51,349 bases of DNA from Bdellovibrionales bacterium (GCA_023250815.1 JAHEZZ010000001.1:1-51349); one strand, 5' to 3'; counted from the first letter of the stretch, positions 37,733 through 47,741 are shown. Translations and numbers: made by a program. Notes: generated by a model from the sequence alone, not told the origin.

Positions 37733-38020
37733 TTAACGAGAAAATTTTTCTAAATCATTTTTGGTCAGACATTTGCTGGATTTTTCTCCAAATTGTTTTT
37801 GAATAATTTCCACTTTCCCTTTCAAAATAAAGAAGGCCAGAACTTGCTGGCATTTGTTCATAGTTAAATCGTGGGGAATACTGGCACAGTTATGTTTATA
37901 TTCATTAGTTTCTTTAGGGAAACCGCGGAAGGCCTGAGTTGCTAGTTCTTCGCATTTTTGGGCATTATAACCTTGGCAGCTATTGAGCAAAAAGAATAAA
38001 AAAACAATAAAAATTTTCAA
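37733..38020 (-). CDS. Small lipoprotein (about 95 aa)
   Basis: A TTG at 38020 with GAAGGA 5 nt upstream gives a clean signal peptide (M)KIFIVFLFFLLNSC. The track start at 38098 adds 26 non-signal residues. Confidence 0.5.
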   Translation of the reverse strand: MKIFIVFLFFLLNSCQGYNAQKCEELATQAFRGFPKETNEYKHNCASIPHDLTMNKCQQVLAFFILKGKVEIIQKQFGEKSSKCLTKNDLEKFSR

Positions 38021-38222
38021 ACTGATCCTTCTGTGGGGCCCAAGTTTTACACTGAATATGCTCTCTGATTGCGAGCGGTATTTCAAGCAAATTGGCATTA
38101 GTTTATTTCCGATAAATAGAGTCGCATAATATTTTCTAACAAAAGGGGATTTAATTTTTAAAAGGTTTTTTTCAGTGCTACTTTATTTTATAATATAAAT
38201 TTTTTCTCTAAGGACGGAGATC

Positions 38223-39578
38223 ATGGTCAAACTATTTGGGGTAATTGCTCTTTTTTGTGCTCTCAATTCTTTTGCAATTTATTTTCCACCTTCAATTGAT
38301 AGAGGGGAAGGCAGATCGGGCAAGGCCGTTTTTGTAGATTTTCTAAGTGCTAATTATAAAATTACTTATGATTTGGGAAATAAAAAAGTGTGGGCAAAGT
38401 CGCTCATAACTTTCATAATGCCCAGTTCCGGTTTTCCCTTATTTGACTTGGTACCTGAACCTAAAAATGTAAAATTGAATGGCAAAGATGTGACGAGTTC
38501 ACTTTTGCCATTTCCAAATGTTACTACGATGCGAGTTGTGGACAGTTATTTGGAGAACGGCGAATACACCCTTGAGATGGAACACGAAATTACCGCTAAC
38601 GTAAAATTTTCTTTTGGCAATGAAGTTCGCAGCGCTTTTTGGACGGATGATCTACATGATCGGGGGTTTTTAGAACTTTATCTTCCCAGCAATTTAGAAT
38701 ACGACCAGTATGCCATGGAGATTGAAGTCAAGGTCGAAGGGGCAAGCAAAGATTATGACTTAATTACTAATGGTGCGATCGAAAAAAGAGGAACAAACGA
38801 TTTTAACGTAAAATACCCAGAGTATTTTAATGCTTCATCAATTTATTACCATTTGATGCCATCAGGTGCTATTCCCAAAATTGAAGAAAAATATACAACC
38901 ATTGATGGGCGGGAAGTTCCACTTATTATTTACAGCAATGGAACGTTGCTCTTATATAAACAGAAGGCCCTTGCAACTCTTGGGGAATTAGAAAAAGATT
39001 ACGGCCCTTGGCCTCACAAAAAAATTATCATTTACGGTGGTGGGTATGGCGGTGGAATGGAATATTGTGGCGCTACAGAAACAGATTTGAATTCTCTTGG
39101 GCACGAGTTGACTCATTCTTATTTTGCTCGTGGTGTAATGCCGGCCCAAGGCAATTCTGGGTGGATTGATGAGGCAATGGCCTCATGGCGAGATGGCGGT
39201 TATCAGCAATACAGTCAGGATAATTTGACGGCCACTAGAATGGCCGGCCATTCCGTTTATCAGAGACAAACCGATGGTGCGGCATACTCTAGTGGAATGA
39301 GATTTTTAGGTCATCTCGACCAAAAGTTTTCTGCTCAGGGTGGTCTGAAAAAATTTATGCGTTTTTATTTTGAAAAAAATCTTTTCAATCCTTACCTCAC
39401 TCAAACTTTTGAACAAGACCTAGACAGTTATTTTGCCACTGATTTGGGGGTGCTATTTGGCCGTTATATTTACGGTACAAGTATGGATGATGGAAGTTAT
39501 TTACCACTCAAGTCTTTTAAATCCGATAATCCTGTGCATAGAATACGCAGTAAATCTGAATTGCTAGAATTACTCTAG
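38223..39578 (+). CDS. Secreted gluzincin metallopeptidase (compact M1-like)
   Basis: Signal peptide. HELTH-X18-E is encoded at 39102-39173, and a GGMEY segment (GAMEN-like) lies 14 residues upstream. Confidence 0.65.
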   Translation: MVKLFGVIALFCALNSFAIYFPPSIDRGEGRSGKAVFVDFLSANYKITYDLGNKKVWAKSLITFIMPSSGFPLFDLVPEPKNVKLNGKDVTSSLLPFPNVTTMRVVDSYLENGEYTLEMEHEITANVKFSFGNEVRSAFWTDDLHDRGFLELYLPSNLEYDQYAMEIEVKVEGASKDYDLITNGAIEKRGTNDFNVKYPEYFNASSIYYHLMPSGAIPKIEEKYTTIDGREVPLIIYSNGTLLLYKQKALATLGELEKDYGPWPHKKIIIYGGGYGGGMEYCGATETDLNSLGHELTHSYFARGVMPAQGNSGWIDEAMASWRDGGYQQYSQDNLTATRMAGHSVYQRQTDGAAYSSGMRFLGHLDQKFSAQGGLKKFMRFYFEKNLFNPYLTQTFEQDLDSYFATDLGVLFGRYIYGTSMDDGSYLPLKSFKSDNPVHRIRSKSELLELL

Positions 39579-39622
39579 CAAAAAAGTATACCTTATAGAA
39601 AAACTAAAATAAGGCATTTTGT

Positions 39623-40219
39623 GTGATTCATTTTTATTTCGATTTTTTATCGCCTTATTCATATTTGGCCTATCAGCAAATTTTGAAATTGCGTCATAAC
39701 CCTGAAAATTCCTTTTCAAAACAAATTTTTTTACTTCGTCCAGTATTTTTGCCTCAGGTCATTACAACTTTTCAAAAAGAGGGGCCAGGAGATATTCCAG
39801 TCAAGAGGGCCTATATGTTAAAAGATTGTCAAAAAAAAGCGAGACTTTTGGGGCTGCCTTTTTGTATTCCTAAAATTTTGCCTTTTAATTCTTCTCTGCC
39901 TCTTCGCTTAATGACTTTATTTGAAGGTGAAAATCAATGGCAACTAGGCAGTGAACTTTTTTTACTGGCCTGGGGCCAGGGCGAAGATATTGGCGAGGAG
40001 CGAGTGCTTAATCAAGTGCTGCAAAAAAGAGCGCTAAGATTTGAAGATTTAAAAGATGGTATGAGGTGCGCACGATTAAAGATAAAAGAAAATCACGAAT
40101 TGGCGAAAGAGCGACAAATTTTTGGTCTGCCAACTTTTGATTTTTGGAAAGATGATAAAAAAGAATTCTATTGGGGAAATGACTCGCTTCAGCTTTTGCA
40201 AAATGATCTTGGGGAATAA
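39623..40219 (+). CDS. DsbA-like 2-hydroxychromene-2-carboxylate isomerase family protein
   Basis: N-terminal FYFDFLSPYSYLA and C-terminal GLPTF...FWGNDSL. GTG start. Confidence 0.75.
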   Translation: MIHFYFDFLSPYSYLAYQQILKLRHNPENSFSKQIFLLRPVFLPQVITTFQKEGPGDIPVKRAYMLKDCQKKARLLGLPFCIPKILPFNSSLPLRLMTLFEGENQWQLGSELFLLAWGQGEDIGEERVLNQVLQKRALRFEDLKDGMRCARLKIKENHELAKERQIFGLPTFDFWKDDKKEFYWGNDSLQLLQNDLGE

Positions 40220-40293
40220 AAATAATACCACTTTTAAATCTCTTTTGATAAGCTGCTGCCATTATTTATGACCCCTAACGGTTTGGAGATGCG

Positions 40294-40779
40294 ATGAAAA
40301 TTGCAATAAATCATGTCGTCGGCATGGATTACACTTTAAAAAATGATCAAGGCGAAACACTGGATACTTCAGAAGGGCGGTCGCCTCTTCTTTATATTCA
40401 GGGGATCGGAAATATTATCCCTGGTTTGGAAAAAGCACTGGAAGGAAAAGAAGTTGGAGATCATGTAAAAGTGAGAATTGCTCCAGAAGAAGGTTATGGC
40501 ATCAAAGAAGAAACACTCATTCAAAAAGTTCCCAAAGATCAATTTGAAACATCTGAAAACTTAGAAATTGGAATGCAATTTGAAGTTGAAACTGCTCAGG
40601 GACAGTTGGTGGTCTCAGTTATAAAAATTGAAGATGACCATATCGTTGTTGACGGCAATCATCCCTTGGCCGGTGTATCACTTAATTTTGATGTGAAGGT
40701 AAAAGAAGTAAGGCCCGCCACCGCTGAAGAGCTTCGCCATGGCCATGTTCACGGCCCAGGCGGACATCATCATCATTAA
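40294..40779 (+). CDS. slyD: FKBP-type peptidyl-prolyl isomerase SlyD with a His-rich tail
   Basis: SlyD pattern (VVGMDYTLKND...GIGNIIPGLEKAL...HPLAG) and the tail HGHVHGPGGHHHH. Confidence 0.88.
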   Translation: MKIAINHVVGMDYTLKNDQGETLDTSEGRSPLLYIQGIGNIIPGLEKALEGKEVGDHVKVRIAPEEGYGIKEETLIQKVPKDQFETSENLEIGMQFEVETAQGQLVVSVIKIEDDHIVVDGNHPLAGVSLNFDVKVKEVRPATAEELRHGHVHGPGGHHHH

Positions 40780-41846
40780 TCCTCTTCCCAGTCTAAGGGA
40801 GGAGTCCAGGGTTCATTCTCTTCATAAGAATAAAATACTTGTTCGTTATCCTTGGTATTTATTGCCGAGTCAATTTCTTGAAGGATTTGAATCTGTTCTT
40901 TCCAATAACTTTCGCTGCCAAACATAGGGAAAGTATTAACAAAGGCCGGATCGCTAAAGCGTTTTGCTATCCAGGCGGCATAATTTATTACACGCATCGC
41001 TCGGAGTATTGGCACTAATTTAATTTCATTTTCTGCTAGTACATTAATTTCTTTATAGGCGTCCCAAAGAAGCGCTCTTTTAATCACGGAATCAGGATCA
41101 TCGGCAGGAATCATTGGCCACAAATCTTGAATACATGGGCCATTTACGGCGTCGTCAAAATCAACCAAGAAAAACTCCTCATCTCTCCAGAGAATATTTC
41201 CAAAATGACAGTCACCATGAATTCTTTGAAAAGATATATTTTGGAAATATTTAATGGCGGTATTTAATAGCTTTGAGCTTAAACTTTTATACTGAGAAAT
41301 GAGATGTCCGGGAATTTTATTATTTTCAAGGAGATAAGTAACATTGTCATTGATAAAAATTTTGGGTGTAAGTGAAAGGCGATGAGTGGCGCTCTTTGAT
41401 TTTCCGACTTGATGTAAGCGGGCAATGGTGTGGCCAAGTTTAATAATTTCCTCATCGTTAAGTTCATCTTTAAGGCGGCCACCGCGTTTTAAAAAGAGGG
41501 TAAAAAAAATGTTTTTATTGGGAACGGTGAAAAGTGTTTCTTTATTAAAAACGAGCGGAGCTGACACTGGGATCTCTTGATCGATTAGGTCGGTCAAGAA
41601 GGTGTGTTCCTCTAGGATTTGATCTTTGCTCCAGCGACCTGGTCTGTAAAATTTGGCGACGACTGATAATTTATCGCATTCTATATCGTAAACTCGATTT
41701 TCCATAGAGTTTAAAGTGAGTACCCTGCCAGTAGTTTTTAGTCCCAGTTGATCGAGAGAATTGAGTACTGTGTCGGGGTCCAATTCATAAAAAAACTGGG
41801 ATTTCTCTCCCCACATGCTTTGAGAATCATTTTTTTCTTTATTCAT
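40776..41846 (-). CDS. srkA: Stress-response Ser/Thr kinase SrkA (YihE/RdoA)
   Basis: Collinear with my recollection of E. coli SrkA: ENRVY, KFYRPGRWSKDQILEEH, HGDCHFGNILW, NGPCIQDLW, LRAMR and DPAF. Confidence 0.9.
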   Translation of the reverse strand: MNKEKNDSQSMWGEKSQFFYELDPDTVLNSLDQLGLKTTGRVLTLNSMENRVYDIECDKLSVVAKFYRPGRWSKDQILEEHTFLTDLIDQEIPVSAPLVFNKETLFTVPNKNIFFTLFLKRGGRLKDELNDEEIIKLGHTIARLHQVGKSKSATHRLSLTPKIFINDNVTYLLENNKIPGHLISQYKSLSSKLLNTAIKYFQNISFQRIHGDCHFGNILWRDEEFFLVDFDDAVNGPCIQDLWPMIPADDPDSVIKRALLWDAYKEINVLAENEIKLVPILRAMRVINYAAWIAKRFSDPAFVNTFPMFGSESYWKEQIQILQEIDSAINTKDNEQVFYSYEENEPWTPPLDWEED

Positions 41847-41926
41847 ATCCTAGGTGTATCACAGCAGAGCATGAGTAGGAAAATATTTCTCAGTAAAATG
41901 TTTTAGTTTTTTATTTAATATTTTTT

Positions 41927-43792
41927 TTGATCTCCGATGAGTTTTCTATGAGAAGAATAAAAAGGTCAGTTGTCAGCACAAAATCTGCTAATTCCTACCA
42001 TCGTTTTAAGCAAATTAATGGCATTCATCCGTTGCAAAGTGAAGTACCTGGTTCCTTTGTCAAATATCAGGCGAGAAAAAGACATGGCGGCAAAGTAGCT
42101 TTTTTTAATTTTAATTTGGCGAGAGAGGTTGGGCTTTTAAATTTGGATCATCAAGATCAAATTAATTCTGATTTAGAAAAAGAAATTCTCAATACTTTTT
42201 CACTTCTCATTATTAATGAATACGATATCATCAATCAAACGCCTATCGAAAAAGAAGATATTTTACCCAATCTTTATATGGCCACTCGCTATTTACAACT
42301 TCAGCATCCTGGGAAAAAAGGTAGAACTTCTGGTGATGGACGCAGTATTTGGAATGGCAGCTTTACTGGAACCGACGGAAAAATTTATGATGTCAGTAGT
42401 TGTGGTACAGGTGCCACTTGTTTAAGTCCTGCTACTCATTTAGAAAAAAGATTTTTTAAAAGTGGAGACCCTACAATTTCTTATGGCTGTGGTTATTCTG
42501 AAGTTGATGAAGGTTTGGGCACTTTATTTTTTAGCGAAGTTCTTCATAAAAATAATATTGCGACGGAAAGAGTTTTGGCGATTATTGAATTTCCAGGAAA
42601 TATTGCTATTAATGTTAGAATACACCAAAACTTAATTCGCCCTTCACATTTATTTGCTCATTTAAAGCAAGGCAATCATGGTATTTTGAAATCCTTAGTT
42701 GATTATTATATAAATCGTCAGGAAAATAATGGTGTTTGGAAAAATATTCCGAAAGGCGAGATGAAATATGAATATTTTTTAAAAAAACAATGTGAAATTT
42801 TTGCTCAAATGGCAGCAAAATTTGAGGAAGAATACATTTTTTGTTGGCTTGATTGGGATGGCGATAATATTTTGATGGATGGTGGAATTATCGATTACGG
42901 TTCAATTCGTCAGTTCGGGTTATTTCATCATGAGTATCGTTTTGATGATGTCAGTCGTTTTTCCACCAATATTATTGAGCAAAAACAGAAGGCAAAATAT
43001 ATTGTTCAAAATTTTATTCAGGCAGTAGATTTTATTAAAACGGGAAAAAAGAAAAGTATTTCATTCTTTAATAATCATTTAGAACTAAAAGAATTTGAAA
43101 GATATTTTGAAGATTATAAAACCAAACATTTTATTTATCGCTTGGGATTAAATAAAGTTCAGCAAAGATACGTTCAACTCTATTGTAAAAAAGATATTTC
43201 TGAGTTTCAAAAAGTGTTTAGCATTTTTGAAAGATCAAAATCGAAGCGTGGGCCTTTGAAGGTTGCTGATGGGATCAATTGGTCAGCAATCTTTTGTATG
43301 CGTGACGTTCTTAGAGAGCTTCCTCAGCTTTTCTTGGCGAGAAATAAATTTATTAATGATGAAGAATTTATTGAAATAATTCGTTCTTCTTATGCTACTA
43401 AAAATGATTTAAAACTAACACCGATTAGGAGAGCACAGATCAAAAAGTTTCAAGGGCTTTATATGAAACTAGCGGATTCGGTTGCAAAAGGATTAGGAAC
43501 TATTCGTTGTCGAGTGTTGCTTGAAATTTCCATGAGGTCATCAGTCATTAATAAGTATGATCGAGTGACAGGTGATTCTATTACAAAGTTAGTTGGCCGT
43601 TTAATGAATTCGCGTCCCAAGCTTAATTCCAGTGAATTATATTCTTTGTTAGATGATTTTGTAGAATATCAAAATCTAGATCCTGATACAAAGTTAAAAG
43701 AAAAGAGACCAGTTAAAATAACTGATAGCAAGCAACTAAGACCATTTAAAGGTTTGCTGAGGATTGTACGAGATTGTCGCGAAGGAATTTAA
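41927..43792 (+). CDS. Divergent SelO/YdiU-like pseudokinase-fold protein with a long C-terminal extension
   Basis: SelO-like blocks in order: SGDGRS, CGTGATCLSP, SEVLHKNNIATERVL, IRPSHL and DGDNILMDGGIIDYGS. TTG start (alternative ATG at 41948). It is 621 aa, against about 480 aa for typical SelO. Confidence 0.5.
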   Translation: MISDEFSMRRIKRSVVSTKSANSYHRFKQINGIHPLQSEVPGSFVKYQARKRHGGKVAFFNFNLAREVGLLNLDHQDQINSDLEKEILNTFSLLIINEYDIINQTPIEKEDILPNLYMATRYLQLQHPGKKGRTSGDGRSIWNGSFTGTDGKIYDVSSCGTGATCLSPATHLEKRFFKSGDPTISYGCGYSEVDEGLGTLFFSEVLHKNNIATERVLAIIEFPGNIAINVRIHQNLIRPSHLFAHLKQGNHGILKSLVDYYINRQENNGVWKNIPKGEMKYEYFLKKQCEIFAQMAAKFEEEYIFCWLDWDGDNILMDGGIIDYGSIRQFGLFHHEYRFDDVSRFSTNIIEQKQKAKYIVQNFIQAVDFIKTGKKKSISFFNNHLELKEFERYFEDYKTKHFIYRLGLNKVQQRYVQLYCKKDISEFQKVFSIFERSKSKRGPLKVADGINWSAIFCMRDVLRELPQLFLARNKFINDEEFIEIIRSSYATKNDLKLTPIRRAQIKKFQGLYMKLADSVAKGLGTIRCRVLLEISMRSSVINKYDRVTGDSITKLVGRLMNSRPKLNSSELYSLLDDFVEYQNLDPDTKLKEKRPVKITDSKQLRPFKGLLRIVRDCREGI

Positions 43793-43833
43793 AAGGGTAT
43801 ACCACTTGGGAAACTTAAATGTGAGGAGTATAA

Positions 43834-44499
43834 GTGCGTCTGATCTTTTATAGCGGAGGAGAGGTTAAGCAGAATAAAAATCTGGATGACGTATTAATTT
43901 CAAAAATTGCAAATCCAACCCCTCAAATGACTTATATTCCCTATGCTCATTACGAATCTGAAATTCATTTTAAAGAATTCGTAGAGCAGTATCAGATTTA
44001 TGGAATTGAAAAGTTTATTTATTTTCCAGTTGATGTTCCCTATGATCAAATTTTACTTCGTGAAGTTTTAAAAAGTGATATAATTCATCTTTCCGGTGGC
44101 AATACTTTTTACTTTTTGGCCTCCCTAAAAAAACACAAATTAATGCCACTTCTAAAAACATTTGTAAAAAGGGGAGGGATTTTGTCTGGCCTAAGTGCTG
44201 GCGCTATAATTATGACTCCATCTATCGACACAGCGGCATATCCAGAATTTGATTGCGATGAAAACTATGAAGGATTAAAGAATTTTTCATCATTTAATCT
44301 TGTTAATTTCCATTTTTATCCTCATTACAAAAATTCTAAAAGATATGATAAGGCCTTAAAACATTTTTCTAAAAAAATAGATGCACCTTTATATGCGTGT
44401 CCAGATGGCGCAGGCATATTTTTAGATGATCAACAATTGCGTTTTATTGGCCAGACGGCCTGCTTTTATCAGGGCAAAAAATTTATATTAAATAAATAG
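43834..44499 (+). CDS. Peptidase S51 family (dipeptidase E-like)
   Basis: IIHLSGGNTFYFL and the nucleophile-elbow-like GLSAGAIIM. GTG start with GAGGAG 5 nt upstream. Confidence 0.75.
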   Translation: MRLIFYSGGEVKQNKNLDDVLISKIANPTPQMTYIPYAHYESEIHFKEFVEQYQIYGIEKFIYFPVDVPYDQILLREVLKSDIIHLSGGNTFYFLASLKKHKLMPLLKTFVKRGGILSGLSAGAIIMTPSIDTAAYPEFDCDENYEGLKNFSSFNLVNFHFYPHYKNSKRYDKALKHFSKKIDAPLYACPDGAGIFLDDQQLRFIGQTACFYQGKKFILNK

Positions 44500-45456
44500 C
44501 TAGATTATTTTTTTGCGACAACTAATTGCAAAACGCCATGGCGCTGGGTAACCTTCAATTGTTTTAGATTGATCCTTGCTATCTAAAACATCAATCAATG
44601 ATTTTGGATGTGACCAATCAGTTTTTCGTTGTTCGTCACTGGTGAGTGGCGTGGCCGATATGATTTCAATTTTTTCAAAATGAGATCGTTCGGCCCAATT
44701 TATCAAACAATTTAGAGTTGGTACAAAATAGACATTTTTCATATTGGCATATCGCTCTTTGGGAAAGAGTGCAATTGATTCATCACCGGGAATTCCAATG
44801 GTTTCTAAAATTAAAACTCCTCCGGGAAGCAAGGCCTCTTTAACTATTTCCAATTGTTCGAGGGGATGTTTGTGGTGATAAATAATTCCCATAAATAAAA
44901 TAGTGTCAAAGCAGTTTTTAAAATGTTTAACCTCGCTAATTCCCCATGGGGCCATGTGCATATTTGGGTTTTCATTTAGGCAATTTAAAAAATTAAATTG
45001 TTGGATGCAAAGAGGGACAGGGTCAATTCCTAAAACAAATTTAGGTTTTTGACTTAGGAGACGATACATAAAATAGCCGTTATTCGCTCCAATATCGAGA
45101 ATAATTTTATTTTCACAGGGAGTAATGGCCTTTTCTATTCTGTTCCATTTTAAATCACAGCGCCATTCCGAATCGATTTCAATCCCAAAGATGGAAAATG
45201 GCCCTTTTCTCCAAGGGAAAAGATTTTTTAAAGTGCGATAAACGAAGGCAAATCCTTGATCGTCAATTTCATTTCTTTGGCCAATCACTACGGTCGCAGA
45301 AGAATAGTCGGTGCTCGGGATAATTCCAATTGCTGTTTTAAAATTTTGTCTAAGTTCTTTGCTCCGTTCTTCTTCTATTTCAATGAGTGCTTTTTGGTTA
45401 ATTTGTGCGGAGGGATTATGTTTTTTTATCTCTTGAAATGCTTTCTCTGAGTTCAT
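44500..45456 (-). CDS. cmoB: tRNA U34 carboxymethyltransferase
   Basis: WRKGPFSIFGIEIDSEWRCDLKW and the SAM-MTase motif ILDIGANNGY. It overlaps cmoA by 4 nt. Confidence 0.9.
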   Translation of the reverse strand: MNSEKAFQEIKKHNPSAQINQKALIEIEEERSKELRQNFKTAIGIIPSTDYSSATVVIGQRNEIDDQGFAFVYRTLKNLFPWRKGPFSIFGIEIDSEWRCDLKWNRIEKAITPCENKIILDIGANNGYFMYRLLSQKPKFVLGIDPVPLCIQQFNFLNCLNENPNMHMAPWGISEVKHFKNCFDTILFMGIIYHHKHPLEQLEIVKEALLPGGVLILETIGIPGDESIALFPKERYANMKNVYFVPTLNCLINWAERSHFEKIEIISATPLTSDEQRKTDWSHPKSLIDVLDSKDQSKTIEGYPAPWRFAISCRKKII

Positions 45457-46241
45457 TTGATTCCCAAAAAAGTTCCAAAATTATACCATCTAAAAATCAT
45501 TTCGCTTTTTTGAAAGCCGGCAGACTTTAAGAGTTTCATTTGCTTTTCACTGGGCCAGGGAATGAGAAATTTATCTAATGCTTCTCTTTTTTGAAAGATT
45601 TCCAGTTCGCTATAACCATTTCTTCTTTTAAAGTCGTAATAAAGATTTATTAATTCTTGATCGATAACTTCATTACTCGACTTTAATTTTTCCGATAAAA
45701 TAAAAATACCACCTGGTCGTAATGATTGGTATATTTTTTTAACTAATTTAAGTCGTTTCGTCTGGGCCATAAATTGCAGGGTATAATTCATGATAATGAC
45801 ATCGCATTTTTCTAATTTGACCTGATCAATGTCATGACAAAGGGCAATAGCTCCTTGAATCCCTTCTTTTTGCCATTTTGCCGTGCATCTTTTTATCATT
45901 GCTTGGGAGTTGTCGATGCCAACTAGTTTAATATTTTTCAAATTATTTTTCTTTGTCCAGTTAAAAATATTAAGCAAGGTTGTTCCAGTTGAGCAGCCCA
46001 AATCATAAATTCTTCCCTCTGATTTTAGGTGATATTTGAGTAAGTCAAGCACTATGCGGTGAACCTCGTTATAAAAAGGAACAGATCTTAAGACCATATC
46101 GTCAAATACTTCTGCCACCTCTGTATTGAATTGAAATTTTTTGATTTCGAGTTGGCGCTTGGAAAAAAGTTTATCGCAAGAATTATTTTTTATTATATTC
46201 GACTTAGTTTTTTTACTTTTGATTTTAATTTTTACTGTCAT
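45453..46241 (-). CDS. cmoA: Carboxy-S-adenosyl-L-methionine synthase
   Basis: VAEVFDDMVLRSVPFYNE and IYDLGCSTG. It lies immediately upstream of cmoB. Confidence 0.9.
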   Translation of the reverse strand: MTVKIKIKSKKTKSNIIKNNSCDKLFSKRQLEIKKFQFNTEVAEVFDDMVLRSVPFYNEVHRIVLDLLKYHLKSEGRIYDLGCSTGTTLLNIFNWTKKNNLKNIKLVGIDNSQAMIKRCTAKWQKEGIQGAIALCHDIDQVKLEKCDVIIMNYTLQFMAQTKRLKLVKKIYQSLRPGGIFILSEKLKSSNEVIDQELINLYYDFKRRNGYSELEIFQKREALDKFLIPWPSEKQMKLLKSAGFQKSEMIFRWYNFGTFLGIK

Positions 46242-46291
46242 TCCCCCATCTTAAATAGTAAATAATAAGCTGTCTAATTCTTCGAGCGTTT

Positions 46292-47668
46292 ATGAAAAAT
46301 GATTTTATAACCACAAAAAACCCTTTTGATAATCAAATCCTTCAACACTATAAACTGATGGATAAAAGCGAATTGGAAAATAGGGTTGAAAAATGTTTTG
46401 TCGCTCATAAACGATGGAAAAAAAGTAGTCTTGATCATCGTCTTTCCCTTGTTAATAATTTAGGGCGAGTGTTATTAGAAAATAAAAATAAATATGCAAA
46501 AATAATCACCTCTGAAATGGGAAAAGCATTTAAAGAAGCTCTTGCGGAAATCGAAAAATGTTCGTTTTTATGTCAAACTTATTATCAAAATACTAAAGAA
46601 TGGTTGACTCCGGAAATAATTAAAGTGGCCATTCCTGACCTCTATTCATGTCAAGTTCATGCGCGTGCAATTGGTGTGGTGTTATCTGTTATGCCTTGGA
46701 ATTTTCCTTTTTGGCAGGCAATTAGATTTGCCGTACCATCTTTGATGGTGGGGAATGGACATTTGCTGAGACATGCCTCTGCCACTACTGGTTCTTCCTT
46801 ATTTATTGAAGAAGCATTTAAACTTGCGGGATTTCCCCCAGAGCTTTTTCAAAGTTTAATATGTTCTCATTTTGAAGTTGAAAATATTCTTTCAAATCCG
46901 AAAGTAGCAGCATTTTCTTTTACCGGCAGTTCAGAAGTTGGCGAAAAGCTGGCGGCCATTGCCGGAAGAGAATTAAAAAAATCAATTTTAGAATTAGGAG
47001 GGTCTGATCCCTTTATTGTTTTTAGCGATGCCGATATCGATCGAGCGGCAAATGCCGCAGCAGTTAGTCGGCTTATCAATGCCGGTCAAAGTTGTATTTC
47101 CGCTAAAAGGTTTTTTATTCATGAGGATGTGTATCCTCTTTTTTTAAGTAAAATGAAAAATGCTTTATCAAAGGCGGTTGTCGGAGATCCAATAGAAGAG
47201 GCCACAACAATTGGGCCACTCTCTAGCGAATCTCTGGCGTGTAAAATAGAATTATGGGTAAAAAATGCAATTGCCAAGGGCGCACAAATTCATCTTGATC
47301 TAAAACGAGAAGGGGCCTTTCTTTATCCAACACTTTTAGATAACGTCGATCCTCACTCAGAGCTTTCTTGCCAAGAAGTTTTTGCTCCAGTTGCCATTTT
47401 GCAGTCTTTTAAAAGTACTGATGAAATAATTGCCTTGGCCAATAATACTCCATGGGGATTGTCCGCTAGTTTATGGACTAAAGATTTAATTATGGCACAA
47501 AATTTAGTTGGAGAAATTGAGAGTGGCAGTGTTTTTATCAATGCCTTATCAAAATCAGATCCGAGAATTCCTTTTGGTGGTGTAAAAAAAAGTGGGTGGG
47601 GAAGAGAGATGGGACGCATGGGTCTTTGGGATATGAGTAACCCTCAAACCCTGATTATTTTTTCTTGA
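46292..47668 (+). CDS. NAD(P)-dependent aldehyde dehydrogenase (succinate-semialdehyde dehydrogenase-like)
   Basis: FTGSSEVG, the catalytic Glu in ELGGSDP and the catalytic Cys in GQSCISAKR. Confidence 0.88.
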   Translation: MKNDFITTKNPFDNQILQHYKLMDKSELENRVEKCFVAHKRWKKSSLDHRLSLVNNLGRVLLENKNKYAKIITSEMGKAFKEALAEIEKCSFLCQTYYQNTKEWLTPEIIKVAIPDLYSCQVHARAIGVVLSVMPWNFPFWQAIRFAVPSLMVGNGHLLRHASATTGSSLFIEEAFKLAGFPPELFQSLICSHFEVENILSNPKVAAFSFTGSSEVGEKLAAIAGRELKKSILELGGSDPFIVFSDADIDRAANAAAVSRLINAGQSCISAKRFFIHEDVYPLFLSKMKNALSKAVVGDPIEEATTIGPLSSESLACKIELWVKNAIAKGAQIHLDLKREGAFLYPTLLDNVDPHSELSCQEVFAPVAILQSFKSTDEIIALANNTPWGLSASLWTKDLIMAQNLVGEIESGSVFINALSKSDPRIPFGGVKKSGWGREMGRMGLWDMSNPQTLIIFS

Positions 47669-47710
47669 AAATAAAATCTAGAGGGCATTATTTAATCTAT
47701 CTGCGTAAGC

Positions 47711-47738
47711 TTGACTTGGTAGAGGCCATATTTATAAT
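47711..47738 (+). promoter_or_regulatory. Near-consensus sigma70 promoter TTGACT-16 nt-TATAAT placed directly on the start codon of the next gene
   Basis: The hexamers are at 47711-47716 and 47733-47738. The ATG at 47745 begins 7 nt after the -10 element. Confidence 0.5.
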
Positions 47739-47741
47739 TAT

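Noticed and set aside
40741-40779. C-terminal HGHVHGPGGHHHH, which looks like an engineered His-tag.
   Set aside because: SlyD proteins naturally carry His-rich metal-binding tails. The flanking sequence is ordinary chromosome and the stop overlaps the srkA stop.
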